Below are positions 1-8,106 of a stretch of DNA of 32,000 nt, piece by piece. The notes under the pieces are model-generated. The model saw only the letters and a list, made by a program, of their open reading frames with translations, was not told where the DNA came from and did not search any database. Numbering within the stretch: position 1 is the stretch's first letter; the number at the start of each line of letters is the position of its first letter. Source of the DNA: Ktedonobacterales bacterium (GTDB lineage Bacteria > Chloroflexota > Ktedonobacteria > Ktedonobacterales > JADMIN01); assembly GCA_030167145.1 (NCBI GenBank), contig CP126532.1:3900001-3932000 (forward strand). Reading direction: 5' to 3'. A program made the position numbers and the translations under genes.

Positions 1-19
1 CTCTCGAAGGGATCTAACC

Positions 20-403
20 GTGCCGACGCTCCCAGTGACACTGCTCTCCATCCCAATCAACAATCCGTTTCCCGTGACTCTGGCGCTAAGCGCAGCCGCC
101 ATTGCTATCTTTGGTATCGAGCTGGCGGTAGCCAAGCTGCATATACATCCCCAAAATAGGATGTACTTCTTTATGGTTAGCTGCTTAGCTCTTGGGGTGA
201 TACTCGCAGTGTGGTCTGGTTATTACGCTCTCCAAGGGCCGTCTGCCGCAGAGCCCATAATTCACGGTTCCGGCGCTCATAACACTTACTATGATTTCTA
301 CGCAAATGTGTGGGCTGCAAATGTCGCCATCTTCCTCGTGATGAGCATACTGGTGCTAGTAATTGGAATCGCGCTGACAAGGCAAAGGAGACAGAGGGGA
401 TGA
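20..403 (+). CDS. hypothetical integral membrane protein (about 3 TM helices); possibly 5'-partial
   Basis: ORF with a GTG at 20 preceded by GAAGGGA. The frame stays open to the window edge, so the true start may lie upstream. Hydrophobic stretches: ALSAAAIAIFGIELAV, YFFMVSCLALGVILAVW, AANVAIFLVMSILVLVIGIAL. Basic C-terminus: TRQRRQRG. No recognisable family. Confidence 0.4.
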   Translation: MPTLPVTLLSIPINNPFPVTLALSAAAIAIFGIELAVAKLHIHPQNRMYFFMVSCLALGVILAVWSGYYALQGPSAAEPIIHGSGAHNTYYDFYANVWAANVAIFLVMSILVLVIGIALTRQRRQRG

Positions 404-603
404 GGCTATGCGCTATGCAGGCGCTTCCGCTCCACTACTAGGCCTATGGCTGATTCATCCAACGGTGGAGCACCCGATGCCAGTCCTTCTATCTCGCACT
501 TCCAGCAAACAGTGCTGAGCCGAGTTTTCGGATGTGCCATGTAGCGAGGGCACAGTAGCAATCGAGGTAGTCTACTTGCCTCGACAGTCGACAGGAGGCG
601 AAT

Positions 604-1344
604 ATGTCGCGAGCATCTGCCCTATTAAGACTGGTATTAGTGGCACTCGTCGTTACAACCGGCTTTACGATGCTTACGTCGAAATCTGCCTTTGCCTACT
701 CCTGCGACGGATACTTTTGTCACTACCATATGTGGGCAAATTCAGGTTCTGGCGCAAACGGCACGCGAGGATACATAACTGCTCCGACAAGCATCTCTGG
801 CATTTCAAGCCAGAATGAGGACACCCTGACGTTGTCAACTTGGATGTGGGGATCAGCTGGGACTGGATACCAATCCTCAGTCGAAGCGGGATTAGCCTAC
901 GGTTACGCAAGTTACTGTGGAACCTACGTAGCCTACTGGCATCCTTATGGCACCAAAGACAACGGCGGTACTGGACAAGAGGCGTGCGGCACACATCTTT
1001 ACGGAGGGACGTCCTATCTAACATCTGCATATCACTCGGGAAGCAACGCCCATTCTCGGGTGCAAGATGGATCAACCATCGTTTTCGATTATAACTGGGG
1101 ATCATACAGCGATATCTTTGGATTTGACAACATGTCCCAATACGAAGTATGGGCGACGCAAGGGCAATCCGTGCCTTCGTGGGGAAGCTCGAGTATTGGG
1201 GGGTTGCAGTGGGAAGACTCCAACGGCAACTGGAACTACTGGGGATTTTTGAACACAAGTACAGACAATCAAAATGGTTGTCCATACACCTCGCTCAAAT
1301 TGAGCAGCATCGCTTTCCAAGGATATAAGTCATCCGGGTGCTAG
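604..1344 (+). CDS. secreted hypothetical protein (signal peptide, Gly/Ser/Tyr/Trp-rich, Cys pairs at both ends)
   Basis: AGGAGG lies about 5 nt upstream of ATG 604. Signal peptide MSRASALLRLVLVALVVTTGFTMLTSKSAFA/YS. The mature part begins YSCDGYFCHY and ends GCPYTS...KSSGC. A perfect 13-bp hairpin follows the stop. Confidence 0.7.
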   Translation: MSRASALLRLVLVALVVTTGFTMLTSKSAFAYSCDGYFCHYHMWANSGSGANGTRGYITAPTSISGISSQNEDTLTLSTWMWGSAGTGYQSSVEAGLAYGYASYCGTYVAYWHPYGTKDNGGTGQEACGTHLYGGTSYLTSAYHSGSNAHSRVQDGSTIVFDYNWGSYSDIFGFDNMSQYEVWATQGQSVPSWGSSSIGGLQWEDSNGNWNYWGFLNTSTDNQNGCPYTSLKLSSIAFQGYKSSGC

Positions 1345-1353
1345 TCGAAAGGG

Positions 1354-1387
1354 AGAGCCATCTCGAGCGGCAATTCGAGATGGCTCT
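1354..1387 (+). terminator. stem-loop after the secreted-protein gene (13-bp perfect stem AGAGCCATCTCGA / TCGAGATGGCTCT, 8-nt loop)
   Basis: Read directly from the sequence, 10 nt after stop 1344. There is no strong T-tract afterwards, so it is either an atypical intrinsic terminator or an mRNA-stabilising hairpin. Confidence 0.45.
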
Positions 1388-1419
1388 TACGGCCCACCGC
1401 ATGGAAAGAGACTCTAACA

Positions 1420-2139
1420 ATGCGCATACAGTGGACAAACAATGGTAACACACATAACAGGAGCTTACCCCTCTCGTTTGCAGGTGTGTTGATAGTTGTC
1501 TTGGTACTGGCAGCATTTAAGTTGACATCATCACCACAGGAGATGCAGCCTACAGCGCTAACCTTGCAACAGGGTGACGTCGGACAAGATTTTCGCTTGA
1601 TGGTGAACGCACAATCAGGCCCAACACAGAAGGCGCTAATCGCACCATCCTACCAAAAGCAGTTCATAGGGGGAAATCTCAAATATTACATGAACGTAAA
1701 TGTATTTGAGCAGAGCAGCCTCGACGAAATCAACAACTGGGCCAAGGCGCATAGTGTGCCGGTGACCTACCCTCCTACCATTGAAGGCTCGTATGTCGTT
1801 GATCATCACGGAATCTTTGCGATTACCAGCCAGGTTTTGCTTTATGCCGATGAGAAGTCTGCGATAGCAGACTTTCACTGCTGTACTTATGTAGGCAGGC
1901 AGGATAGTTTTTCAGGGTACAGAGATATTTCAGTCCAAATTGGCAATGAAGCAACTGCTTTCGGCGGTATATTAGATTCACCTGCACATGCTCCTGCATA
2001 TGAACCTCAACTATACGCAGTGCGATGGCGACACGGCTCCGTCGTCTGCTTTGTGTCAGTACTTGGCTCTCACGACATCGTATTTCAAGACGTTTTCCGT
2101 CTGGCACAAATGGAGGACAATAACATTACCAGTGGGTAA
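1420..2139 (+). CDS. membrane-anchored hypothetical protein (single N-terminal TM, extracytoplasmic domain)
   Basis: GGAAAGAG upstream of ATG 1420. N-terminal anchor LPLSFAGVLIVVLVLAAFKL. No recognisable motifs. Lies in the lower-GC segment. Confidence 0.6.
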   Translation: MRIQWTNNGNTHNRSLPLSFAGVLIVVLVLAAFKLTSSPQEMQPTALTLQQGDVGQDFRLMVNAQSGPTQKALIAPSYQKQFIGGNLKYYMNVNVFEQSSLDEINNWAKAHSVPVTYPPTIEGSYVVDHHGIFAITSQVLLYADEKSAIADFHCCTYVGRQDSFSGYRDISVQIGNEATAFGGILDSPAHAPAYEPQLYAVRWRHGSVVCFVSVLGSHDIVFQDVFRLAQMEDNNITSG

Positions 2140-2151
2140 TGTTATGTTACA

Positions 2152-2176
2152 CGAATCCGGTTGAACGGTGGATTCG
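2152..2176 (+). terminator. short stem-loop CGAATCC-(11 nt)-GGATTCG after the 1420..2139 gene
   Basis: 7-bp inverted repeat 13 nt after the stop codon. Weak, with no T-tract. Confidence 0.25.
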
Positions 2177-2288
2177 GATCGTAGCCTCGAAGGCCAGTGC
2201 ATGAAGTGAATGTGACTGAGCCCTCATGGCAACGTTCTCCAACAATTCAACCAGAAGCTGTGGCATGGCTTGTCTAGGAGGCAGATGC

Positions 2289-2960
2289 ATGAAATCCTGG
2301 AGAACCTCGACGAACATGACGGGGCTGGGCGCCTTAATCGTGTGCGTTGGTATCGTCGGAGCATTAGTAGCATTCAGTTCTAACTCTCACAGAGAAGCAC
2401 AAGGAACACGACGCTCGTTTAGCGCGGATGGTATGCCTACTTGTGGAAGTCAGCTTGGCATCATTGGCTTTAGCGTTGAAACAGTGAAGGGCTACTCTGG
2501 CGAGGGAAAGCCAGAGTTTTCCGAACTTACAGCTTCTCACTTCAAACTTGGCATCGATCTAAATACGGTTATGTTCATCGCTGCCGGGCCGGAAGCTCCT
2601 AGCCAAACTTTGGCTCGCTTGCACTCACAGCCCCATGTACTGCAAGCCGATGTAGTCTATGCACTTAGCTCAGATCCAACGTACCTCAGTTGTGATTATA
2701 AGCTGCGCGATAATCCAACTGATCAAGGGCTAGCCAGCAAAGCTAAACAGGCTTTGATAGGTGCAGGTGCGGACGCAAGCATATTAGGCAACGCTGGAAC
2801 GATGGAGTATGTCTCTCTGCGCCACTTGGGTAAGAAGGAGTTCCTTCAGGTTGCATTCGTCTACTTGCCAGTCGATGGCCCGCATGTTTCGTATGCAGCA
2901 CTTCTCGACAAGAGCACCGAGGCAGTCGTCTGGGCTGGGCAAACTCACTGGTACTCCTAG
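2289..2960 (+). CDS. membrane-anchored hypothetical protein
   Basis: The ORF is open from 2226, but AGGAGG sits 7 nt upstream of the internal ATG at 2289 (MKSWRTSTNMTGLGALIVCVGIVGALVAF = TM anchor). No family motif recognised. Confidence 0.6.
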   Translation: MKSWRTSTNMTGLGALIVCVGIVGALVAFSSNSHREAQGTRRSFSADGMPTCGSQLGIIGFSVETVKGYSGEGKPEFSELTASHFKLGIDLNTVMFIAAGPEAPSQTLARLHSQPHVLQADVVYALSSDPTYLSCDYKLRDNPTDQGLASKAKQALIGAGADASILGNAGTMEYVSLRHLGKKEFLQVAFVYLPVDGPHVSYAALLDKSTEAVVWAGQTHWYS

Positions 2961-2996
2961 AGCGTGTTATGAACTCCAGGGTGGGTAGGTGGTAGC

Positions 2997-3270
2997 ATGC
3001 CGGTATGGAGACACGGCCAATCGTACCCCACCGATATCCGTGACGACGAATGGGCCTTCATCGTGCCCTACCTGACGCTGCTGCCCGCAGACGCCTTGCA
3101 GCGGCGCTACCCGTTGCGCGAGGTCTTCAACGCGCTGCGCTGGATCGCGCGTGCAGGCGCGCCCTGGCGGATCTTGCCGCATGAGTTTCCCCCTGGCCGG
3201 TGGTCTACCAGCAGCTGCGGCGCTGGCTGGCAGCGGGTAGCTTTGAGAGCGCGGTGCATGATTCCTTACT
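2997..3270 (+). pseudogene. IS5-family (DUF4096-type N-terminal domain) transposase relic, frameshifted and 3'-truncated
   Basis: Frame 0 reads YPTDIRDDEWAFIVPYLTLL...RRYPLREVFNALRWIARAGAPWRILPHEFPP. The canonical continuation WPVVYQQLRRWLAAGSFESAVHD is found only after shifting one frame at the C5 run at 3189-3193. Similarity and high GC both stop near 3270, and no DDE catalytic domain follows. Confidence 0.75.
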
Positions 3271-3502
3271 CTATCTCAGATACGCATGGTACAATAACTC
3301 GGATAGCTGATTTGGCTTTCCTGTAGTTTTAGTTTGGAGAGCGAGGCGGCTTCACTTCTGCCTTAACGGCTTATAAGCGGTGATATACTGGTGAACTTAT
3401 ACCAAATCTGTCTCGGTAGTTGTAGAAAGAATCGCGGAAGTTCCCATTTCATGGGCCTTTGCTCGAGGTCAAACTACAACAATCCAGACGAAATTGGTAT
3501 TG

Positions 3503-3547
3503 CTCTTAATCAGCGGGTTCAGGGTTCGAGTCCCTGGGGGCTCACCA
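3503..3547 (+). tRNA. tRNA-Lys(CUU) 3' half only (anticodon loop to CCA), not a functional tRNA; putative attR remnant
   Basis: Anticodon loop CTCTTAA (U33, anticodon CTT, A37), stem 3' strand TCAGC, variable GGGTT, T-arm CAGGG-TTCGAGT-CCCTG, acceptor 3' strand GGGGCTC, discriminator A, CCA. The required 5' strands (GCTGA, GAGCCCC) and a D-arm are absent upstream. Confidence 0.65.
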
Positions 3548-3579
3548 ACAGACAATCGAATTTTGCGCCGTTTGATGAG

Positions 3580-3605
3580 AGCCGCATCTAACCAATGGTG
3601 CGGCT
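3580..3605 (+). terminator. stem-loop AGCCGCA-(12 nt)-TGCGGCT followed by TTT
   Basis: 7-bp stem 33 nt downstream of the tRNA fragment's CCA. It also lies about 70 nt downstream of the convergent GH3 stop at 3673. Possibly the original tRNA terminator or a bidirectional one. Confidence 0.35.
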
Positions 3606-3672
3606 TTCGTGCGTATTGGCAGCCAAACGCATTCGCAACGCATTCGCACGTCACCCCTGACATTGCCATGGG

Positions 3673-5823
3673 CTACGGCAAGGCGATGAGTCCGAGTTCT
3701 ACTTTGAGGCGGATGATGCGGTGAACCGCTGCGTGGAGTTGCGCCTGCGAGATACGGCCGGATGCGACAGCTTGCGTCATCGCTGTGACCACCGCCTGTA
3801 GATCAGTCTGTGCCAGCGGGCATAGGAGGAGATCGTCCCCGGCGAGAAAGGCGCGTACACTCGCCTCAGCAATCGCCTGCGTTGGGTCACTGTAGCCCTG
3901 CTGTTTCATGTAAATGAGCAGCCCTTGCGCACCCAGCGCATCGGTGATGACGACCCCCTGGTAACCGAGTTGCCCACGCAGGATCCCCGTCACCAGGGTG
4001 GACGAGAGAATAGCCGGACTGTGGCTATCAAAGGCAGGCACCATTACGGTGGTGACCATAATCATCCCCGGCTGTTGATAGAGCAGCGCGCCAAACGGCG
4101 GGAAGTCAATTGCATTCATCTGGGCCTGGCTCTGATTGATGGTGGGCAGCGTGTTATCTGGGTTGCCGGTGGCGGCGCCCAGCCCTGGCCAGTGCTTCAG
4201 TGTGCCCGCAACGCCGTGCTGCTGCAAGCCGCTGAGGAAGGCGCCCGCGTACGTGGTGACCGTGCCGACCGTCGTACCGAACATGCGGCTTGGGCCTTCG
4301 CCGCCACCCTGGTCAACATCCACCACCGGTGCGAAGTCCACGTTCAATCCGAGGCTGCTCATGCGTCCGGCATCCGTCTGCGCCTGCGCGTAGGCGTTCT
4401 GGGGATTGCCAGTGGCAGCCAACTGCCGCGCTGAAGGCGTCGGCCCAAAATACGGCGCCAATCGGTCCACGGTCCCGCCCTCTTCATCAATACCCAGCAG
4501 CAGGCTCCCGGCGTGATTGGCGTTGCTCTGCATCGTTTGATCGAGTTGCTGCAAGCCGGCAGCAGTCGGTGGCTCGGTGGGTCCGCCGTTACAACTGGTG
4601 TAGATGATGGCGCTGCCGACGTCCCACTGCTTCAGCGCCTGGTCTATATTGGCGTTGTAACTGGCCGTGCAGACCGACATCATCAGTGTCTGGCCGATCA
4701 GTTGGGTGGTCGAAAGGCCTGCGATATAGGTGTCAATGCGCTGATCCAGGGTGGGAGTAGCGGTGGTGAGCGTCGCAATGTTGAGGTGGTGTGCGCTATC
4801 CGTTCCTGTCCACGCGAGCAGTGTCTGACCCACGTTCCCCCCATACCCAAGGGCAGGTCCACCAAACGCGGCCTCGCCGAGCGTCGTCTTGTTGCTCAGG
4901 GGCCACTGTGACACGTTTGGCGTAAAGCGCACGCTCACGGAGTGGGCTACATTAGTGCCCGTCCACGCCATCCAATACGTGGGCATGGTGGTGTCCGCGA
5001 CGGCGAAGCCACTGGGGCCGACGGCGCTGGTCTCACCCAGCGTCTGAGCCTGGCTCCAACTGACCCCATCGCTGGACGTGGCGAAGGCGAGCTGGTTTGC
5101 GGGGCTGGTGGCGGCCCAACTCAGCAAGAGCTGATTGTTCAGGGGATTCAAGGCTAGGCTGGGCATAGAGACGCTGCCAAACTGCCTCAGGATGCTCTTT
5201 GTGCCCAACTGGAATCCCGAACCCGATGTGGTCAGGCTGAACGGCAGGATGTTGAGCGAGTGATTCGCGTCAGTTCCCGCCCAGGCGAGCAGGAATCCGT
5301 TGCCGAACCGCACCAGCGCAGGGCTGGTGAAGCTGGTCTCATTGAGCGTGAGCTTCTTGAAGCTGCCCGCGCTGGCGCCACAGGCCGAACCCTGGCAGAG
5401 GAGATTGAGGGAGTGGTTGGCGTCGGTGCCGGTCCACGCGAGCACGATGGTGGTTGGTGGTCCCTGCGCTGCGACTGCGGGCCGAGTAGCCGAGCTTTCG
5501 GCGAAGGTGACCTTCCCGCCGTAGGTGACGCCATCGCTACTCTGCATGATATTGAGCGAGTGACCAGCGTCGGTACCGATCCATGCGAGGACACTCGCCA
5601 GGCCCAGATGCGGGGTGCTGGGGTTGCTGGTCCACAAGGCGGGACCATCACTGCTAGTGTCGCGAAGGATCACTTTACTCTGTTCAACCGCAGCCCCACT
5701 AGCTGTCCGTTGGGTAGCCTCCGCTGGGATGGATGGGACTACGGCAACCAGTGCTACGACCAACGCCACAACCAGGATACCCGCCGCCACCAGGCTCTTG
5801 CCGACACGATGGTAGCTATGCAT
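3673..5823 (-). CDS. exported glycoside hydrolase family 3 (NagZ-type beta-N-acetylhexosaminidase/beta-glucosidase-like) with an N-terminal six-fold repeat domain
   Basis: The C-terminal half carries GH3 N-domain motifs GIDEEGGTVDRL, NVDFAPVVDV, KHWPGLGAA and VITDALG. ATG at 5823 (MHSYHRVGK...) has AGGAGG 7 nt upstream. The ORF-track start at 5973 has no such support. Signal/anchor: SLVAAGILVVALVVALVAVV. Confidence 0.85.
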   Translation of the reverse strand: MHSYHRVGKSLVAAGILVVALVVALVAVVPSIPAEATQRTASGAAVEQSKVILRDTSSDGPALWTSNPSTPHLGLASVLAWIGTDAGHSLNIMQSSDGVTYGGKVTFAESSATRPAVAAQGPPTTIVLAWTGTDANHSLNLLCQGSACGASAGSFKKLTLNETSFTSPALVRFGNGFLLAWAGTDANHSLNILPFSLTTSGSGFQLGTKSILRQFGSVSMPSLALNPLNNQLLLSWAATSPANQLAFATSSDGVSWSQAQTLGETSAVGPSGFAVADTTMPTYWMAWTGTNVAHSVSVRFTPNVSQWPLSNKTTLGEAAFGGPALGYGGNVGQTLLAWTGTDSAHHLNIATLTTATPTLDQRIDTYIAGLSTTQLIGQTLMMSVCTASYNANIDQALKQWDVGSAIIYTSCNGGPTEPPTAAGLQQLDQTMQSNANHAGSLLLGIDEEGGTVDRLAPYFGPTPSARQLAATGNPQNAYAQAQTDAGRMSSLGLNVDFAPVVDVDQGGGEGPSRMFGTTVGTVTTYAGAFLSGLQQHGVAGTLKHWPGLGAATGNPDNTLPTINQSQAQMNAIDFPPFGALLYQQPGMIMVTTVMVPAFDSHSPAILSSTLVTGILRGQLGYQGVVITDALGAQGLLIYMKQQGYSDPTQAIAEASVRAFLAGDDLLLCPLAQTDLQAVVTAMTQAVASGRISQAQLHAAVHRIIRLKVELGLIALP
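4768..5676 (-). repeat. six protein-level repeats of ~50 aa, core 'LAW(T/A/I)GTDxxHSLN(I/L)'
   Basis: Cores: LAWIGTDAGHSLNI, LAWTGTDANHSLNL, LAWAGTDANHSLNI, LSWAATSPANQLAF, MAWTGTNVAHSVSV, LAWTGTDSAHHLNI. The conserved Trp residues are spaced 49-55 residues apart. Confidence 0.85.
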
Positions 5824-6195
5824 AGCACACCTCCTGCGCGCGCGAGGCATACGGGGCATAGTCATATAGGGGCAGACGACAGCAATTCTGCGGCCAATGT
5901 GAAAGCCAGTAGGGTAGACAGCAGCGGATAATGGTGGGTACACAGCAATAGAGGAAAAAGACTTGTGTCCCAATGGGTACAGGGCACGTTCCTTGCGATG
6001 ACTATTCTAGAGAAAGACAGAGGTTGTTCGATTCGCGATGGCAACCGACCATGCCAACCCTTGCTGGCCTCACTGGCAATCGGGCGACACAACATGTGAT
6101 TGATAGCTTTCGCCAAAATCAGTCGCTCTATGGGTAGCTGTTGGGGTCAGACGGACTAGCACCGAGAGGGAGAGAGCAAGAGGGAGATAGCAAGG

Positions 6196-8034
6196 ATGAA
6201 TGCATATCCACCAATCGCTGACCATGGGCTGATCGGCGACCTGCAAACGGCGGCGCTTGTCACGACGGATGGCACAGTTGACTGGTATTGCTGCCCGCGC
6301 TTCGACTCGCCCAGCGTCTTCGCGTCACTGCTCGATCACACGCGTGGCGGATCTTTTCAGATCGCTCCCGCAGGGGGCGACTACGTGACCAAGCAACTCT
6401 ACTTTCCTGATACGGCGATCCTCATTACGCGCTTCATGGCCCCTGGGGGCGTGGGTGAAGTGATTGATTTCATGCCCATTGATCATCCAGAGAAGGCCAC
6501 AGACCATCACCAATTAGTCCGGCTGATCCGGGTGGTGCGCGGTGAAATGCGCTTTGCCCTCAGGTGTGCGCCACGCTTTGATTATGGACGCCAAACGCAC
6601 GAACTCTCGCCTGCCCCACAGGGGGCGACCTTCCGCACGCCCGCGCTGACGCTGACGCTCCATGCGTCTATGCCCCTGGAACACGATGGGCAGGATGTCC
6701 GCGCGGCCTTTACGCTCCAGGCTGGTGAGCATGCTGGCGTGCTTCTCGAATCGGCGCCTGAAGGCGCGCCGGAAGCGATCAGCCCGGACAAGGTGCGCGC
6801 ACTGTTGCGAGAAACGGCGGCGTACTGGCGGCGGTGGCTCGACCACTCGACCTACACGGGGCGCTGGCGCGAGATTGTGCAGCGCTCGGCGCTGACGCTC
6901 AAGCTCATGATCTATGCGCCCACCGGCGCGCCAATTGCCGCGGTGACGACGGGGCTGCCAGAGCAGATCGGCGGTGAGCGCAACTGGGACTATCGCTATA
7001 CCTGGATCCGCGATGCCTCATTCTCGGTCTATGCGCTGCTCGGCCTGGGCTACAAAGAAGAGGTGATGGCGTTTTTGCAGTGGGTCAGCGCGCGTATCAA
7101 CGAGCACGCCGACGACCGGACGCGCCCGCTACAGATCATGTATCGTGTGGATGGCTCCTCGGAGCTGCACGAGGAAACCCTGGGGCATCTGGAAGGGTAT
7201 CGCGGGTCGCGACCGGTGCGCATTGGCAATGGGGCGGCTGGTCAGATGCAACTCGACATCTATGGCGAGATGCTCGATAGTCTCTATGAGGGTGACCGGC
7301 AGGTTATGCGCATTGGTCATCAGGGTTGGACGCGACTCCAACATACCCTGGACTGGCTCTGTGAGCACTGGGACGAGCCTGAGGAGGGCATTTGGGAGAC
7401 GCGCGGCGGCCAGCAAGCGTTCACCTATGGGCGGCTGATGTCGTGGGTGGCCTTTGACCGGGCGATCCGCGTTGCCACCACGCATGGCCTCCCTGCCGAT
7501 CTGCCGCGGCTGACGGCGGAGCGCGATAAGATCTACCAGCAGATTATGGAGAAAGGCTGGAATGAGCGCCGTGGCGCTTTCATTCAGCATTACGCGACGG
7601 ATGTGCTGGACGCTTCGTTGCTCATGATGCCGTTGGTCGGCTTTGTATCGCCTCAGGAGCCGCGCTGGCTGTCTACCCTTAAGGCAATGGATCAAGAGCT
7701 TGTGTCGGATAGCCTCGTGTATCGGTACAATCCCAGCGCCTCACCAGACGGTTTGCGGGGGCACGAGGGAACCTTTTCGATTGCCACCTACTGGTATGTG
7801 GATGCGCTTGCCCGATCCGGCTGGCTGGAAGACGCGCGTTTTGTGTTTGAGAAGATGGCGACCTACGGCAACCATCTGGGACTCTATGCCGAGCAGATCG
7901 GCCTCACCGGCGAGCAACTTGGCAATTTTCCGCAGGCGTTCACCCATCTCGCGCTGATCAATGCGGCGCTCAATCTGGATTACCAACTCGACCACGGGGC
8001 GGGCCATGTTGATCTGATGGCTCTGCGCGGGTGA
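6196..8034 (+). CDS. glycoside hydrolase family 15 (glucoamylase/trehalase-type)
   Basis: N-terminus PIADHGLIGDLQTAALVTTDGTVDWYCCPRFDSPSVFASLLD, catalytic-domain motifs ERNWDYRYTWIRDASF, LDIYGE and GLYAEQ. GAGGGAGA upstream of the ATG. Confidence 0.9.
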   Translation: MNAYPPIADHGLIGDLQTAALVTTDGTVDWYCCPRFDSPSVFASLLDHTRGGSFQIAPAGGDYVTKQLYFPDTAILITRFMAPGGVGEVIDFMPIDHPEKATDHHQLVRLIRVVRGEMRFALRCAPRFDYGRQTHELSPAPQGATFRTPALTLTLHASMPLEHDGQDVRAAFTLQAGEHAGVLLESAPEGAPEAISPDKVRALLRETAAYWRRWLDHSTYTGRWREIVQRSALTLKLMIYAPTGAPIAAVTTGLPEQIGGERNWDYRYTWIRDASFSVYALLGLGYKEEVMAFLQWVSARINEHADDRTRPLQIMYRVDGSSELHEETLGHLEGYRGSRPVRIGNGAAGQMQLDIYGEMLDSLYEGDRQVMRIGHQGWTRLQHTLDWLCEHWDEPEEGIWETRGGQQAFTYGRLMSWVAFDRAIRVATTHGLPADLPRLTAERDKIYQQIMEKGWNERRGAFIQHYATDVLDASLLMMPLVGFVSPQEPRWLSTLKAMDQELVSDSLVYRYNPSASPDGLRGHEGTFSIATYWYVDALARSGWLEDARFVFEKMATYGNHLGLYAEQIGLTGEQLGNFPQAFTHLALINAALNLDYQLDHGAGHVDLMALRG

Positions 8035-8056
8035 TATGGATTGCGCCCGGCGCTGT

Positions 8057-8100
8057 GGCGCTTCTGGATGCGCTTGAAGCGTCAATCCGCACGAAGCGCC
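8057..8100. terminator. possible bidirectional stem-loop between convergent GH15 and ROK genes (GGCGCTTC ... GAAGCGCC)
   Basis: 8-bp inverted repeat with a 28-nt loop that itself contains GCGCTT/AAGCG complementarity. No T-tract. Confidence 0.25.
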
Positions 8101-8106
8101 AAGGTG

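Noticed and set aside
604-1344. Assignment of the secreted protein to the peptidase G1 (eqolisin) / concanavalin-like fold
   Set aside because: There are only vague compositional resemblances (SVEAGL, YEVWAT). No convincing catalytic Gln/Glu motif context is present, so the evidence is insufficient.
3181-3200. Programmed ribosomal frameshift in the IS5-type transposase
   Set aside because: The shift falls inside the conserved N-terminal domain rather than between two ORFs. The gene is also truncated with no DDE domain, so simple decay (1-nt loss in a C-run) is the better explanation.
3453-3547. Possible full-length (95-nt, long-variable-arm) tRNA, using GGGCCTT as the 5' acceptor strand against GGGGCTC
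   Set aside because: This fold needs three G-U pairs in the acceptor stem. No D-arm can be formed from TGCTCGAGGTCAAACTAC, and the anticodon stem 5' strand (TATTG) does not pair with TCAGC. Only the 3' 45 nt is tRNA-like.
3497-3547. tmRNA 3' end (T-arm plus ACCA)
   Set aside because: The acceptor strand GGGGCTC gives no G3:U70 alanine identity pair. No GGGG... 5' partner, tag ORF or pseudoknot region is nearby.
5940-5960. Operator-like palindrome around TGTCCCAATGGGTACA in the GH3/GH15 divergent region
   Set aside because: Only the 9-nt core CCCAATGGG is truly palindromic. The flanking arms are out of register, so it is too weak to report as a site.
5824-5973. Long N-terminal extensions given by the ORF track (GH3 start 5973; also 14213, 15693, 17365, 18723, 19455, 22362, 22912, 27695, 29224, 30947)
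   Set aside because: In each case an internal ATG has a strong AGGAGG-like SD at 5-10 nt, and the protein then begins with a sensible signal peptide or domain N-terminus. The upstream extensions are low-complexity or overlap neighbouring genes.
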